From positions 62,001 through 126,000 of IMG/VR virus record IMGVR_UViG_3300047558_000137: a stretch of 64,000 nt of DNA, one strand, 5' to 3'. Both the position numbers and the translations under genes were made by a program. Below the pieces are notes generated by a model. That model was not told where the DNA came from, did not search any database, and saw only the letters and a list, made by a program, of their open reading frames with translations. Numbering within the stretch: position 1 is the stretch's first letter; the number at the start of each line of letters is the position of its first letter. Shown one piece after another: positions 1-9,161 of the stretch.

Positions 1-6
1 GGCCAT

Positions 7-630
7 ATGGCACTAGTTGTCTATAGTGACACATTGCCACGTATGATCCACGACGAAGTTATGCGTCAATTAGAAAGTCCGGTTGGCCAAAACGCCAAAG
101 AACTCAGTGACGTATTATTCCGTACAGTAATGGCCGATGGTCGTAATGCTTTAGAAGTATTGCACCGTGAAGGCTTTATTAAGAAAGTTCCTACTAGCCA
201 AGTGTTAATTACACCAACTAGTAAGAGCACAGTTCGTTTAGATGAACTCAACGACATCTTAGACGAAATGGAAAAGGGTGAAGAAGCCGTTAAACGTTTA
301 CAAGACATTGATAAAAACTCTGGTATGCAAACCAAGAAGCGTGTTCGTGAAGGCCGCGAAGTTGGTATGCCACCAAACAATCAAAGTCTAAGTAGAACCA
401 ATGTTGATGTTAACGCTACTGATAGTGCGGCAGCATATCTAAAGGGCGCTTTAAGCGACAGTGATCTTGCAGAACAGCGCAAGAGCCAAGCTGAACAAAT
501 GAAGCGTCAGGCCGAGCAGTTACTTGCTGAAGCCAAGAGATTAGAAACTGAAGCAAATGAACTATCACCTGCAAATGTCAAAACAACAAGAGCCAAAAAA
601 GCCCCGAAGACAAAAAAGCAAGAGGCTTAA
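7..630 (+). CDS. Hypothetical phage protein with C-terminal coiled coil and basic tail (may start upstream of the window)
   Basis: 207-aa ORF in frame with the downstream gene cluster; helical Glu/Gln/Lys-rich C-terminus. Confidence 0.7.
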   Translation: MALVVYSDTLPRMIHDEVMRQLESPVGQNAKELSDVLFRTVMADGRNALEVLHREGFIKKVPTSQVLITPTSKSTVRLDELNDILDEMEKGEEAVKRLQDIDKNSGMQTKKRVREGREVGMPPNNQSLSRTNVDVNATDSAAAYLKGALSDSDLAEQRKSQAEQMKRQAEQLLAEAKRLETEANELSPANVKTTRAKKAPKTKKQEA

Positions 631-922
631 TTTAAATAAAAGAGAACAATGGGAGCGATTACTCAAGGAAGTTAATACTGAGTACGCACCCATTGGTGTT
701 ATTTTATTCTTAACAGTTAACTTAAAAGACGGAACTAAGGTCGAAGTTAACATAGCCGAAATGCTCGAAGACGGTGCCGATCCTGAAGTGATCGAAAACA
801 TCGTCACCAAGAAACTAAATGAACTAGATCACATTATTAGTGACGTTGACTTTCATATCAGCGTTGATAGTGTTGCAAAGACAGTTCAACCCTTTACCGA
901 TCAACTTTTAAGAGACTTATGA
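575..922 (+). CDS. Hypothetical protein
   Basis: ORF 557..922; ATG at 575 (MSKQQ...) is the likelier start; stop overlaps the DHFR start (ATGA). Confidence 0.65.
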   Translation: MSKQQEPKKPRRQKSKRLNLNKREQWERLLKEVNTEYAPIGVILFLTVNLKDGTKVEVNIAEMLEDGADPEVIENIVTKKLNELDHIISDVDFHISVDSVAKTVQPFTDQLLRDL

Positions 923-1428
923 TTAACGCCTTATTCGCCGTAGACAGTTACGGCGGAATGGGGTTTAATGGTACAATGCCATGGCCTCACAATTCCGCTG
1001 ACTTACAAAATTTTAAATCTTTAACAATGGGACATGTTGTTGTCATGGGTCGTAAGACTTGGTCTGACAAAAACTTACCAAAGCCCTTATTAGGAAGAAC
1101 AACTTACGTTGCTACGAACAAACCGTTCTTACCATACACATCAACTATTTCTGGAGATTTAAAAACAGAAATTCTTAAACTAGAAGACCTACACCGAGAC
1201 AAAATTATTTGGGTCATTGGCGGTCCTGAAGTATTAGAACAATGTGATGGAATTTTTGATCGTTTATATTTGACTCACTACAAAGGATCGTATAAAATAG
1301 ATACTAAGTTAAATCTAAAAAACTTTTTATCTGGGTGGAGTCAAAAGACAGCCACAGCAGATCCTAAAACAAATTTTACAACAGTGGTATATGAAAGTTT
1401 ATTTAAACGCACTTCAAGAAGTTCTTAA
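919..1428 (+). CDS. folA: Dihydrofolate reductase
   Basis: GGMGFNGTMPWP, DLQNFKSLT, VVMGRKTW and WVIGG motifs; directly upstream of thyA, as in T4 frd-td. Confidence 0.93.
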   Translation: MINALFAVDSYGGMGFNGTMPWPHNSADLQNFKSLTMGHVVVMGRKTWSDKNLPKPLLGRTTYVATNKPFLPYTSTISGDLKTEILKLEDLHRDKIIWVIGGPEVLEQCDGIFDRLYLTHYKGSYKIDTKLNLKNFLSGWSQKTATADPKTNFTTVVYESLFKRTSRSS

Positions 1429-2305
1429 TAATGGAACCGTTAAGCAAGATCGAACTGGCACTGGAACTATTAGTCAATTTGGTATGCAACAGAGATATAA
1501 TCTTGCAGAATCCTTTCCAGCGGTTACAACTAAAAAACTAGCCTGGAAATCTGTTGTATCAGAGTTGCTGTGGTTCATTGAAGGTTCAGGAGATGAAAAG
1601 CGGTTGCGAGAGATATTACATGGTAGCACCGAGTCTAGCAAGACGACTATCTGGACTGCAAATGCCACAGCACCTTATTGGCAACCTAAGGCCAAATACG
1701 AAGGAGACTTAGGTCGTGTATATGGAGTACAATGGCGCAAGTGGCGCACTCCAGTAGAACACAAACAAGAAACATTTAAAGATGATTTTGGTAGCACATA
1801 CAGTAGAGATGGATATGTGCATTTTAAAGAAGTCGATCAACTAAAGTCGTTGATTGAGGGTATTAAAGCAGACCCACACGGACGAAGACACATATTGACA
1901 GCGTGGAACCCCGGAGAATTAGAACTCATGGCTCTGCCCCCGTGTCATTGCTTTTCACAGTTTTATGTTAGTGCAGATGGCCGACTAAGTTGCCAAATGT
2001 ATCAAAGAAGTTGCGACCTGTTTTTAGGTGTCCCATTTAATATCGCAAGCTACTCGCTCCTTACTGCGATGATAGCTCAAGTGTGCGGCCTAGCGGTCGG
2101 AGAGTTCGTTCACGTTCTCGGCGATGCACACATCTACCTAAACCATGTTGAACAGGTAAAAGAACAGCTATCACGTGAACCATTACCTGCGCCAACTCTT
2201 TGGTTGAATCCTGACATAACTGATATTACAAAGTTTACTATGGCCGATATCAGACTAGACGGATACACAAGCCATGCAACAATTAAAGCGGAGATGGCAG
2301 TATGA
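1391..2305 (+). CDS. thyA: Thymidylate synthase
   Basis: DRTGTGT, ELLWF, LPPCH (catalytic Cys), YQRSCD, PFNIASY and GDAHIY motifs. Confidence 0.97.
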   Translation: MKVYLNALQEVLNNGTVKQDRTGTGTISQFGMQQRYNLAESFPAVTTKKLAWKSVVSELLWFIEGSGDEKRLREILHGSTESSKTTIWTANATAPYWQPKAKYEGDLGRVYGVQWRKWRTPVEHKQETFKDDFGSTYSRDGYVHFKEVDQLKSLIEGIKADPHGRRHILTAWNPGELELMALPPCHCFSQFYVSADGRLSCQMYQRSCDLFLGVPFNIASYSLLTAMIAQVCGLAVGEFVHVLGDAHIYLNHVEQVKEQLSREPLPAPTLWLNPDITDITKFTMADIRLDGYTSHATIKAEMAV

Positions 2306-3267
2306 AATTTATTGTAACCGGTGGTGCTGGCTTTATTGGACACAATGTTGTTAGACAGCTCGAATCACAAGGGCACGACTGCTTTGTATTAGACAGCGTA
2401 ACAGATTATGGGTTTGTTAATGCAGACGAATTAGCATACCTGTACCAAGAACGTAGATCACGTATGAAGTCGGGAGTACATCATATTGATCTCAGAGATC
2501 ATAAATCTGTAGAAGATTTCTTTCGTGCGTTTAACGGTGTACATGCAGTAATACATTTGGCCAGCTTTCCCCGACAGAAAGTAGTTGGCCAAAATCCTAT
2601 ACTAGCCAGCGAAGTAATGAGTACCAGTCTAGTAAACATGTTGGAACTAACAAGACAGCTTGGTATACCTAAGTTTGTTTATATTAGTAGCAGTATGGTC
2701 TACGGAGACTTTAATGATGATGTCACTGAAGACTACAACTGCCGACCACAGGGACAATATGGAATTATGAAACTAATGGGAGAACACCTTGTTAAAGATT
2801 ATACTCGTCGTGGTTGCTTTGATCATGTTATTATTCGTCCCTCTGCTGTCTATGGCGAGTACGATGTCGAAGATCGTGTGGTTAGTAAATTCATGCTTAG
2901 TGCTATGCGCGGCGAAACTCTACGTGTTAATGGAGCAAATGAAACACTCGATTTCACGTATGTAGAAGATGCTGCCGCCGGTATCGTGGGCGCCGCATTA
3001 AACCCTAAAGCGGTTAATGGAACATATAACATTACAAAGTCGCATAGCACAAGTCTATTAGAAGCGGCTGCATTGGCTATTAAGATTGCAGGAAAAGGCA
3101 GTGTTGAAGTTCGCGACAAGGATGCAGATTTCCCATCACGTGGTGCATTAAACATTGCAGCCGCACGTAGGGACTTTGGGTTCAATCCTACTGTAGATGT
3201 TGAAGAAGGATTTCAACGTTACCACGATTGGTTTAAAGCGAGTGAGTTTTGGGCACCAAAGCTATAA
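2302..3267 (+). CDS. NAD-dependent nucleotide-sugar epimerase/dehydratase (extended SDR)
   Basis: VTGGAGFIG Rossmann motif, SSSMVYG, YGIMK (YxxxK). Confidence 0.9.
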   Translation: MKFIVTGGAGFIGHNVVRQLESQGHDCFVLDSVTDYGFVNADELAYLYQERRSRMKSGVHHIDLRDHKSVEDFFRAFNGVHAVIHLASFPRQKVVGQNPILASEVMSTSLVNMLELTRQLGIPKFVYISSSMVYGDFNDDVTEDYNCRPQGQYGIMKLMGEHLVKDYTRRGCFDHVIIRPSAVYGEYDVEDRVVSKFMLSAMRGETLRVNGANETLDFTYVEDAAAGIVGAALNPKAVNGTYNITKSHSTSLLEAAALAIKIAGKGSVEVRDKDADFPSRGALNIAAARRDFGFNPTVDVEEGFQRYHDWFKASEFWAPKL

Positions 3268-4352
3268 TTCCGTTTTTTGGTATTAAGCGACAGTACCAAA
3301 ATCTACGCGAAGAATTACTACATATTACTGACCAAGTATATAGTAGTGGTAAAGTATTAGACGGGGAATACACCCAGCGGTTTGAGCAGTTAATTGCTAC
3401 CCGCTGTAATAGACGCTTTGCAATCGCGGTAAATTCGTGTACGCAAGGGCTTTTATTCGCGCTACAAACGCTTTATCCGCCGGGGTTGGTACTCATACCT
3501 ACCCTGAGCTTTGCAGCCACGTTAAACACGGTTTTATTAACCGAGCATGTACCCGCTTTTGTGGACGTGGATTACCAGGGTCTAATGGATCTAAATAATG
3601 TAAACTTTAGTTTAAATGATCGGAATATTGCCGCTGTTATGTATGTTAACTTATTCGGTAATACTTTGGACTACGATAAGTTTAGGGTAATGACTGAGTT
3701 TTGGGGACAGAAGCCACGCATCATCGAAGATGCTGCTCAGAGTTTCGGCGCACGATATAAGGGCATACCGTCGGGAAAGATGGGAGATGTCAGTGTACTA
3801 AGTTTTGATCCAACTAAGAATCTACCCAACTATGGATCAGGCGGAATGATCCTAACCGACGATTATCACTTGGCCGAGAACTTTCTTGATCTACGTGACA
3901 ACGGTAAACATGGTATACACGAAGCACCGGGTACTAACAGCAAGATGAGTGAAAGTGACTGTGCTCAGTTAACAGTCAAGTTACAATATTTTGATGAGTG
4001 GCAAGATCGTCGTGATGCTATTGCTCGATATTACACTCAACAATTACATCCTTACGTTGATGTATTAGGTCCCGGAGAGGATGTAGAACATGCCTGGCAT
4101 AAGTTTGTCATTCGTGTGCAGAACGATAGATACAAACTACAGAGCCATCTAAGCCTTAAAGGCGTAGAAACTAAGATACACTATGCCCAACCATTGGACA
4201 CATTATCAGTTGGTGTTGCCTATGCACAACACGGTGTTTGTATTAACTCTGCTGAGTTTAGTCGAGAGACACTTAGCTTGCCTATATACCCTGAATTAAC
4301 AGATAGCGAAGTTGAATACATCGCGCAATCTGTTAAAGAGTTTTATCATTAA
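3249..4352 (+). CDS. DegT/DnrJ/EryC1/StrS PLP-dependent sugar aminotransferase
   Basis: AVNSCTQGL, IIEDAAQSFG, SFDPTKNL (PLP Lys), GGMILT, LSLPIYP. Confidence 0.92.
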   Translation: MGTKAIIPFFGIKRQYQNLREELLHITDQVYSSGKVLDGEYTQRFEQLIATRCNRRFAIAVNSCTQGLLFALQTLYPPGLVLIPTLSFAATLNTVLLTEHVPAFVDVDYQGLMDLNNVNFSLNDRNIAAVMYVNLFGNTLDYDKFRVMTEFWGQKPRIIEDAAQSFGARYKGIPSGKMGDVSVLSFDPTKNLPNYGSGGMILTDDYHLAENFLDLRDNGKHGIHEAPGTNSKMSESDCAQLTVKLQYFDEWQDRRDAIARYYTQQLHPYVDVLGPGEDVEHAWHKFVIRVQNDRYKLQSHLSLKGVETKIHYAQPLDTLSVGVAYAQHGVCINSAEFSRETLSLPIYPELTDSEVEYIAQSVKEFYH

Positions 4353-4797
4353 GCTCGTAGGCCCTTGGATTAGTTAAGTAGAAATCAGTTTCGCCGGGAC
4401 CTTTTTTGGTATGCAAGTTCCAGTCCGGTAGTAAACGCTTTACCATTCTGGCATACAAACTTGTGCGAGAATCCCCTTCGGAACTAAATCGTATTTCTAA
4501 AACTTTGTTGCCATACTGTTTTAAAAACTCTCTAGTAATATCAACAGCGGATGCTATAACAGTATTGGAATTTCCAGTACCAGTCATTCCAAATGTTTTG
4601 TCCCAACCCTCTTGATCTCGTTGTTGAAATGCAATAGTCCAAACAGTTGGATCACGATGATTCATTACTCTAGCAGACCACAGATACTCAATATCGCCTG
4701 CTTTAAAACTAGCAAATGCTTCTTCGCTACCACGAAATTCCCATGCCCATTGTTTTCCAGGTTGAAATAGTTCAGTGATAAAATCTGTTGCTCGCAT
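4333..4797 (-). CDS. Hypothetical protein with N-terminal capsid-targeting-like peptide (MRATDFITE)
   Basis: 154-aa ORF; N-terminus nearly identical to that of 41509..42144; TAAATA box 4 nt upstream of the ATG. Confidence 0.7.
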   Translation of the reverse strand: MRATDFITELFQPGKQWAWEFRGSEEAFASFKAGDIEYLWSARVMNHRDPTVWTIAFQQRDQEGWDKTFGMTGTGNSNTVIASAVDITREFLKQYGNKVLEIRFSSEGDSRTSLYARMVKRLLPDWNLHTKKGPGETDFYLTNPRAYELNDKTL

Positions 4798-7440
4798 CTA
4801 GTATTTAGCGTCATAACGGGCACGTAACCATGCCCATTCAAAGCTCAACTGTAGCTTTGCGGGATCTCCTGCTACTTCGTCATAGTAGGCAACAGCATCA
4901 TTTGCACCATCTATACAGTAATTGCTATAGTTGCCCTGCGCCACAGTAAGCCAAGTATTGAGTCTATGTTCGGTTTCTAGTGTGGGCTGGGTGGCCATAA
5001 ACAAACGTAGTTTTAATACTTCTCTAAATGCTGTACGCCATGTAGTCCAAGCGTCTTGATTAAAGTGTGCTATGCCCGACAAAACCGGCACTGATTCGTG
5101 CGGTTGTGACAAAGTAAAGTCTATTCCCGGCGCATTATTTGATAAAACGAGGCTCTTATTGTAGGCAATCATGCCCATGTGTCCGTACTCCAGTCCGTTA
5201 ACAGGATTACGTGCATTAAAGATGTAATGCTTTGGCTCTTGCCAATAGTCAGGTTGCCAGTGCCAATCGAACTCGCCGCCCAGAACTTCTAGTTTGGCAA
5301 ACACTGCAAAGAACCAATTTGTTTCACTTGCGCGGGCAGCAGCTTGATACGCAGCCACACGCCCATTAACACCGCGGATCCATTTTACATCACGATTGCT
5401 TTGATAACAGGCGTGCTCGTACCAACGTTGCTCATCTGGTTCCCCATTGCTGATATAGACAATATCCAAATCCGGAGTAAATCTTACATTACGAACTTTG
5501 CTAGTTTCTAAATATGGGTAATCATAGACTTGCGTTTTAATGTACTTCTTGATATCTCTTGGAATCATTGATGTACTCTTATCGGTACTTAGGTCCCTGG
5601 CAACACGATCCTTTTCGGTCCATAGGCAAGTATTGAAATTGCCCATACCAGCAAGATTAGGATCATTGGTAAACATAGCATACGATGATGTAAACGTATG
5701 CGCCTTAATTGCTTCAATTAAGTTGTCACCTTTATAATATACTGCGGGAACTGGCCAACGCTCAACTCGTTGATCAAAAACATAGTTAATAACATTAAAC
5801 CAGTCAAGTAACTCTAGTTCAACCATCTGCTTTTTAAATGATTCAACGTGTATGTAGAATGTATCGCCACGTAGCTCTGCATTATTCTTGCCTGCTACAC
5901 TACCATTAACAAAGCAGTGTATCATTTCCTTTTGCCATGGTTCAGGTTGCCATGTAAAGTCAAAGAAGTCATATGTACAAACACTGTTTAATATCCACAC
6001 ATACTCAGTTGTGGCTGTGTTCATGATACGCTTAAATGTATCCAGGTAGTTATCCATGAATCTAGTCTTAACTACATCATAATGATTGCGTAGCATCTCG
6101 TATTGGCTCTCTGGATTGCCATGATCAATGTAGTACATGTTCCAGATGTTTTCAGGCTTAACTACTTTCTGGTCCGGAACAAAGTTTAAGTTGGGAAATT
6201 CTTCTAAACTCTTGGCCCACTTGGCGTGTCGTTCAAACTCGTAACGATTGATTAAGAATGTATCCGACCATTTGTTGTGTTGACTTGCAAACACATGAGT
6301 CATGTAGTTTTGCCATGGCTCAGCATGCCAAGCAAAATCAAATTCATCATAGTTGTATTCGCTACTAATAACCCAGAATTTACTAGTACGACTACGTGTA
6401 ACACAACGCTTGATAGTATCCATCATGCTGTTGGCATAACGAACTTTTGTTACAGTGTAGTCTTCGGCAAGTCGTTCGTAACGTGCTTGTGCAGTATCAT
6501 TGCCTCTATCAATAAAGAATATATCTAATACTTCAACAGCAGACTTTTGTCCTACTGTGGGAATGTCGCCGCCAAACTTTAGTTCTGTTGCACTGGGCAC
6601 AGTGTATGTTAGGCCAATGCTTTGTTGATAGTCGGTACCAAAGTGATATACATAGGCAGGCTCGCCGGGGTCAGGTACCCAGCTGAAGTCTACACTATCT
6701 TCGTTAACTTCTTCGGGTATAGACCATAGAGTCTTATTAGGTAATAACTCGGCCCTAGGATAGTCCATATACTTTACAGGACTGTCTTCTGTAATGTCGG
6801 GGTGCGTCCATTCCACTGTGGGCATTTTCTCTGCTGGCCAGTGTTGATTGCCAAACACATACGTCATAGGAGGATCGCCTGGATCGGGCAACCAACTGTA
6901 ATCAAAGTGATATCTATGCTCACTCCTACTGCTCCACTGCATCATATTAGTCGCCAGAGTTGCCTTGGGATAATCCATGTACTTGCGTTCAGTGGCACCG
7001 GGTGTGTGGTACTCAACAGTGGGCATTACTTCAGCTGGATACCATTGATTACCGAAGACATATATGTAAGGAGGATCCATTGGATGTGGTACCCAACTAA
7101 AGTCAAAATCCATTGAGTATTTAGATGGTGCCCAATTTTCTAAACTGGCCTTGGTCTCAACTACTGTATGATGAAATTGCCACTTGCGTTCTTGTACACT
7201 ATCCGTGTGTGCTAGGTATGCACCACCATACTGATTCCATTGCGTAGGCCATACGTGCGTGTGTGTACTTTCCCATGGAACAGGCCTATAGTCAAAATCA
7301 AAGTTAGTGTAATCATTGTTCCCATAAATATACCAGTAGTATCCAGTACGGCACTGTGCCGCAGCATCATCAAGATCCTGAGCAGGCTTTTCAAAAGCAA
7401 ACAAGTTGGGTTTTGGCCCTGAATAAAAAACGTCAAACAT
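4798..7440 (-). CDS. Large repeat protein built from degenerate GT-A/GT2-like modules
   Basis: 880 aa; repeated F/DxSW.PDP..P.Y.YVFG units and repeated (D/N)(I/M)(F/Y)(F/Y)I..GN ... FD(F/W).W.PE/D.W modules. Confidence 0.6.
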   Translation of the reverse strand: MFDVFYSGPKPNLFAFEKPAQDLDDAAAQCRTGYYWYIYGNNDYTNFDFDYRPVPWESTHTHVWPTQWNQYGGAYLAHTDSVQERKWQFHHTVVETKASLENWAPSKYSMDFDFSWVPHPMDPPYIYVFGNQWYPAEVMPTVEYHTPGATERKYMDYPKATLATNMMQWSSRSEHRYHFDYSWLPDPGDPPMTYVFGNQHWPAEKMPTVEWTHPDITEDSPVKYMDYPRAELLPNKTLWSIPEEVNEDSVDFSWVPDPGEPAYVYHFGTDYQQSIGLTYTVPSATELKFGGDIPTVGQKSAVEVLDIFFIDRGNDTAQARYERLAEDYTVTKVRYANSMMDTIKRCVTRSRTSKFWVISSEYNYDEFDFAWHAEPWQNYMTHVFASQHNKWSDTFLINRYEFERHAKWAKSLEEFPNLNFVPDQKVVKPENIWNMYYIDHGNPESQYEMLRNHYDVVKTRFMDNYLDTFKRIMNTATTEYVWILNSVCTYDFFDFTWQPEPWQKEMIHCFVNGSVAGKNNAELRGDTFYIHVESFKKQMVELELLDWFNVINYVFDQRVERWPVPAVYYKGDNLIEAIKAHTFTSSYAMFTNDPNLAGMGNFNTCLWTEKDRVARDLSTDKSTSMIPRDIKKYIKTQVYDYPYLETSKVRNVRFTPDLDIVYISNGEPDEQRWYEHACYQSNRDVKWIRGVNGRVAAYQAAARASETNWFFAVFAKLEVLGGEFDWHWQPDYWQEPKHYIFNARNPVNGLEYGHMGMIAYNKSLVLSNNAPGIDFTLSQPHESVPVLSGIAHFNQDAWTTWRTAFREVLKLRLFMATQPTLETEHRLNTWLTVAQGNYSNYCIDGANDAVAYYDEVAGDPAKLQLSFEWAWLRARYDAKY

Positions 7441-8620
7441 GTATAATATAGCTAACCATTATGAGAATATCTACGAGTATCTTAAGACTATTATAACAGA
7501 TCCTCGATTATTATATCTCTACCCTTTTGGATCAACTCAACCAGAAAATATAGAGATACTTAGAAATGACATTGATCCACCAGTACGCCGGGGCCCTCTG
7601 TTTATATTCTACGATCAAGAGCCTTTAAATTTTTCTTATAACCAACCATTCTTTGATTACATTATAGAAAATACAAAAGGTCCTTATGTATTAGTACACA
7701 CCGAAAGAACAAGTGAGGAAGTGGACCGTATATGCGACCATTATGGGTTTGCCAAACTAGAATATTTCTTTCATATATTTGCAGCCGCAGATTGGTACAG
7801 GGGACATGAGTACTTACCTGGAATTGTTGCACCCGAAAATAGAAAGTTATCTAAGTCCTACATTACATTTAATAGACTAACAAGCAATGAACGTATATAT
7901 CGTAGTTTATTTGTTAATGAACTATACAAGGCAGATTTATTAGAATCGGGGCATGTTAGTTTTAGTAAAGATTGCCCCGATGGTGGCAGATTTGACATTA
8001 ATTTACTTGCTGGCATAGAGAACCAAGGACTTGATTCCTTGCTAGTTAAAGATGCTATTACCAATATAAATCAATTGCCTGAGCTGCGTATAGACTTTCC
8101 CGATCAACATATACCTAATCAGAGTATGTTGTTAAGCCCACTGCAACAACTAATGGAGAGCTTTATATTTGTAGTTACAGAAACCTGCTATTGGCAAAAC
8201 AAAACTCATTTAACAGAAAAGATATTTAAACCTATTGTTCTACGTATGCCGTTTGTATTAGTTGGCTGTACAAACAATCTAGAATATTTACGTAGTTACG
8301 GGTTTAAGACATTTGGTAATTACTGGGATGAAAGTTACGATTCTATTGAAGATCCAATATTGCGTATGCAGGCCGTGGCTGCTATCTTAAAACAACTGTC
8401 TAATATGACGGCAGATGAACAATATCGTATGCTGTTGGATATGCAACCTATACTAGAGCACAACTACAATCTATTCAATGATCCTGCATTTGTTAGAAAA
8501 GAATGGGATCACCTGTTAAGTCAACTTAATAGTATAAGTGCCTATTATAAATTTGAGCCACCGTATACCCTTGACTTGAAAACAGGACAGGCGATTCCTA
8601 AAGTATTACAAGATGCTTGA
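7439..8620 (+). CDS. Putative glycosyltransferase (GT10/fucosyltransferase-like TEK motif)
   Basis: FIFVVTET...HLTEKIFKP...PFVLVG resembles the GT10 nucleotide-sugar-binding motif; paralogous to 26134..27105. Confidence 0.5.
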   Translation: MYNIANHYENIYEYLKTIITDPRLLYLYPFGSTQPENIEILRNDIDPPVRRGPLFIFYDQEPLNFSYNQPFFDYIIENTKGPYVLVHTERTSEEVDRICDHYGFAKLEYFFHIFAAADWYRGHEYLPGIVAPENRKLSKSYITFNRLTSNERIYRSLFVNELYKADLLESGHVSFSKDCPDGGRFDINLLAGIENQGLDSLLVKDAITNINQLPELRIDFPDQHIPNQSMLLSPLQQLMESFIFVVTETCYWQNKTHLTEKIFKPIVLRMPFVLVGCTNNLEYLRSYGFKTFGNYWDESYDSIEDPILRMQAVAAILKQLSNMTADEQYRMLLDMQPILEHNYNLFNDPAFVRKEWDHLLSQLNSISAYYKFEPPYTLDLKTGQAIPKVLQDA

Positions 8621-9161
8621 AGTAATTGAAATGTTGCTCTAAGGTCCAAGTGGCAGGATCAATTACCGTACCATCATATGTTTCGTATACGGCCGTAAAC
8701 ACGTTTGTATAACGTTGGAATGGTAACCACATATTAGGTGTTTTACTGGCCCAACCTGCATCTTTAAGTGCCATATGTTTAGTGCGGCTTAATCGCACAG
8801 TGGGCGCATTAAGCGCCTGCTCGGTGGTTATAGTGCCTGCTAGTAACAGATCACGAATACGACTTGCTGGGATCAGATGTTCAAAGTCGCATTGATCGTC
8901 TGCATTAACTTCGTGATAATGTGCTTTCATGCCATCACGCTCCTCAATGCAGTAGGCGTGGTATCGACGAAGATAATAATCAATATCGTTACGAACTTCC
9001 CGTAACCACTGTTGATCATTCTTAATGATTTGATATTCGCCTACTAAGCGATCAATATGCGTACTGCAATGTTTAGCCACAGTACGGTAAGTCTCAGATG
9101 TACGCTTAGTCTTACCGTAGACTGGTGCTGTAAATTTCTCTAATGATTCTTGAAGTGTCAT
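8598..9161 (-). CDS. Putative HNH/beta-beta-alpha-Me nuclease-like protein
   Basis: DFEHLIPAS resembles the EH(I/V)xP core of HNH/DUF1524 domains; coupled to the upstream gene by overlap. Confidence 0.45.
   Translation of the reverse strand: MTLQESLEKFTAPVYGKTKRTSETYRTVAKHCSTHIDRLVGEYQIIKNDQQWLREVRNDIDYYLRRYHAYCIEERDGMKAHYHEVNADDQCDFEHLIPASRIRDLLLAGTITTEQALNAPTVRLSRTKHMALKDAGWASKTPNMWLPFQRYTNVFTAVYETYDGTVIDPATWTLEQHFNYFKHLVIL

Noticed and set aside
1391-2305. thyA homologue as a dCMP hydroxymethylase (hmC-type DNA modification)
   Set aside because: It keeps Asn in PFNIASY (dUMP specificity), has full-length ThyA motifs and is paired with DHFR, so it is an ordinary thymidylate synthase.
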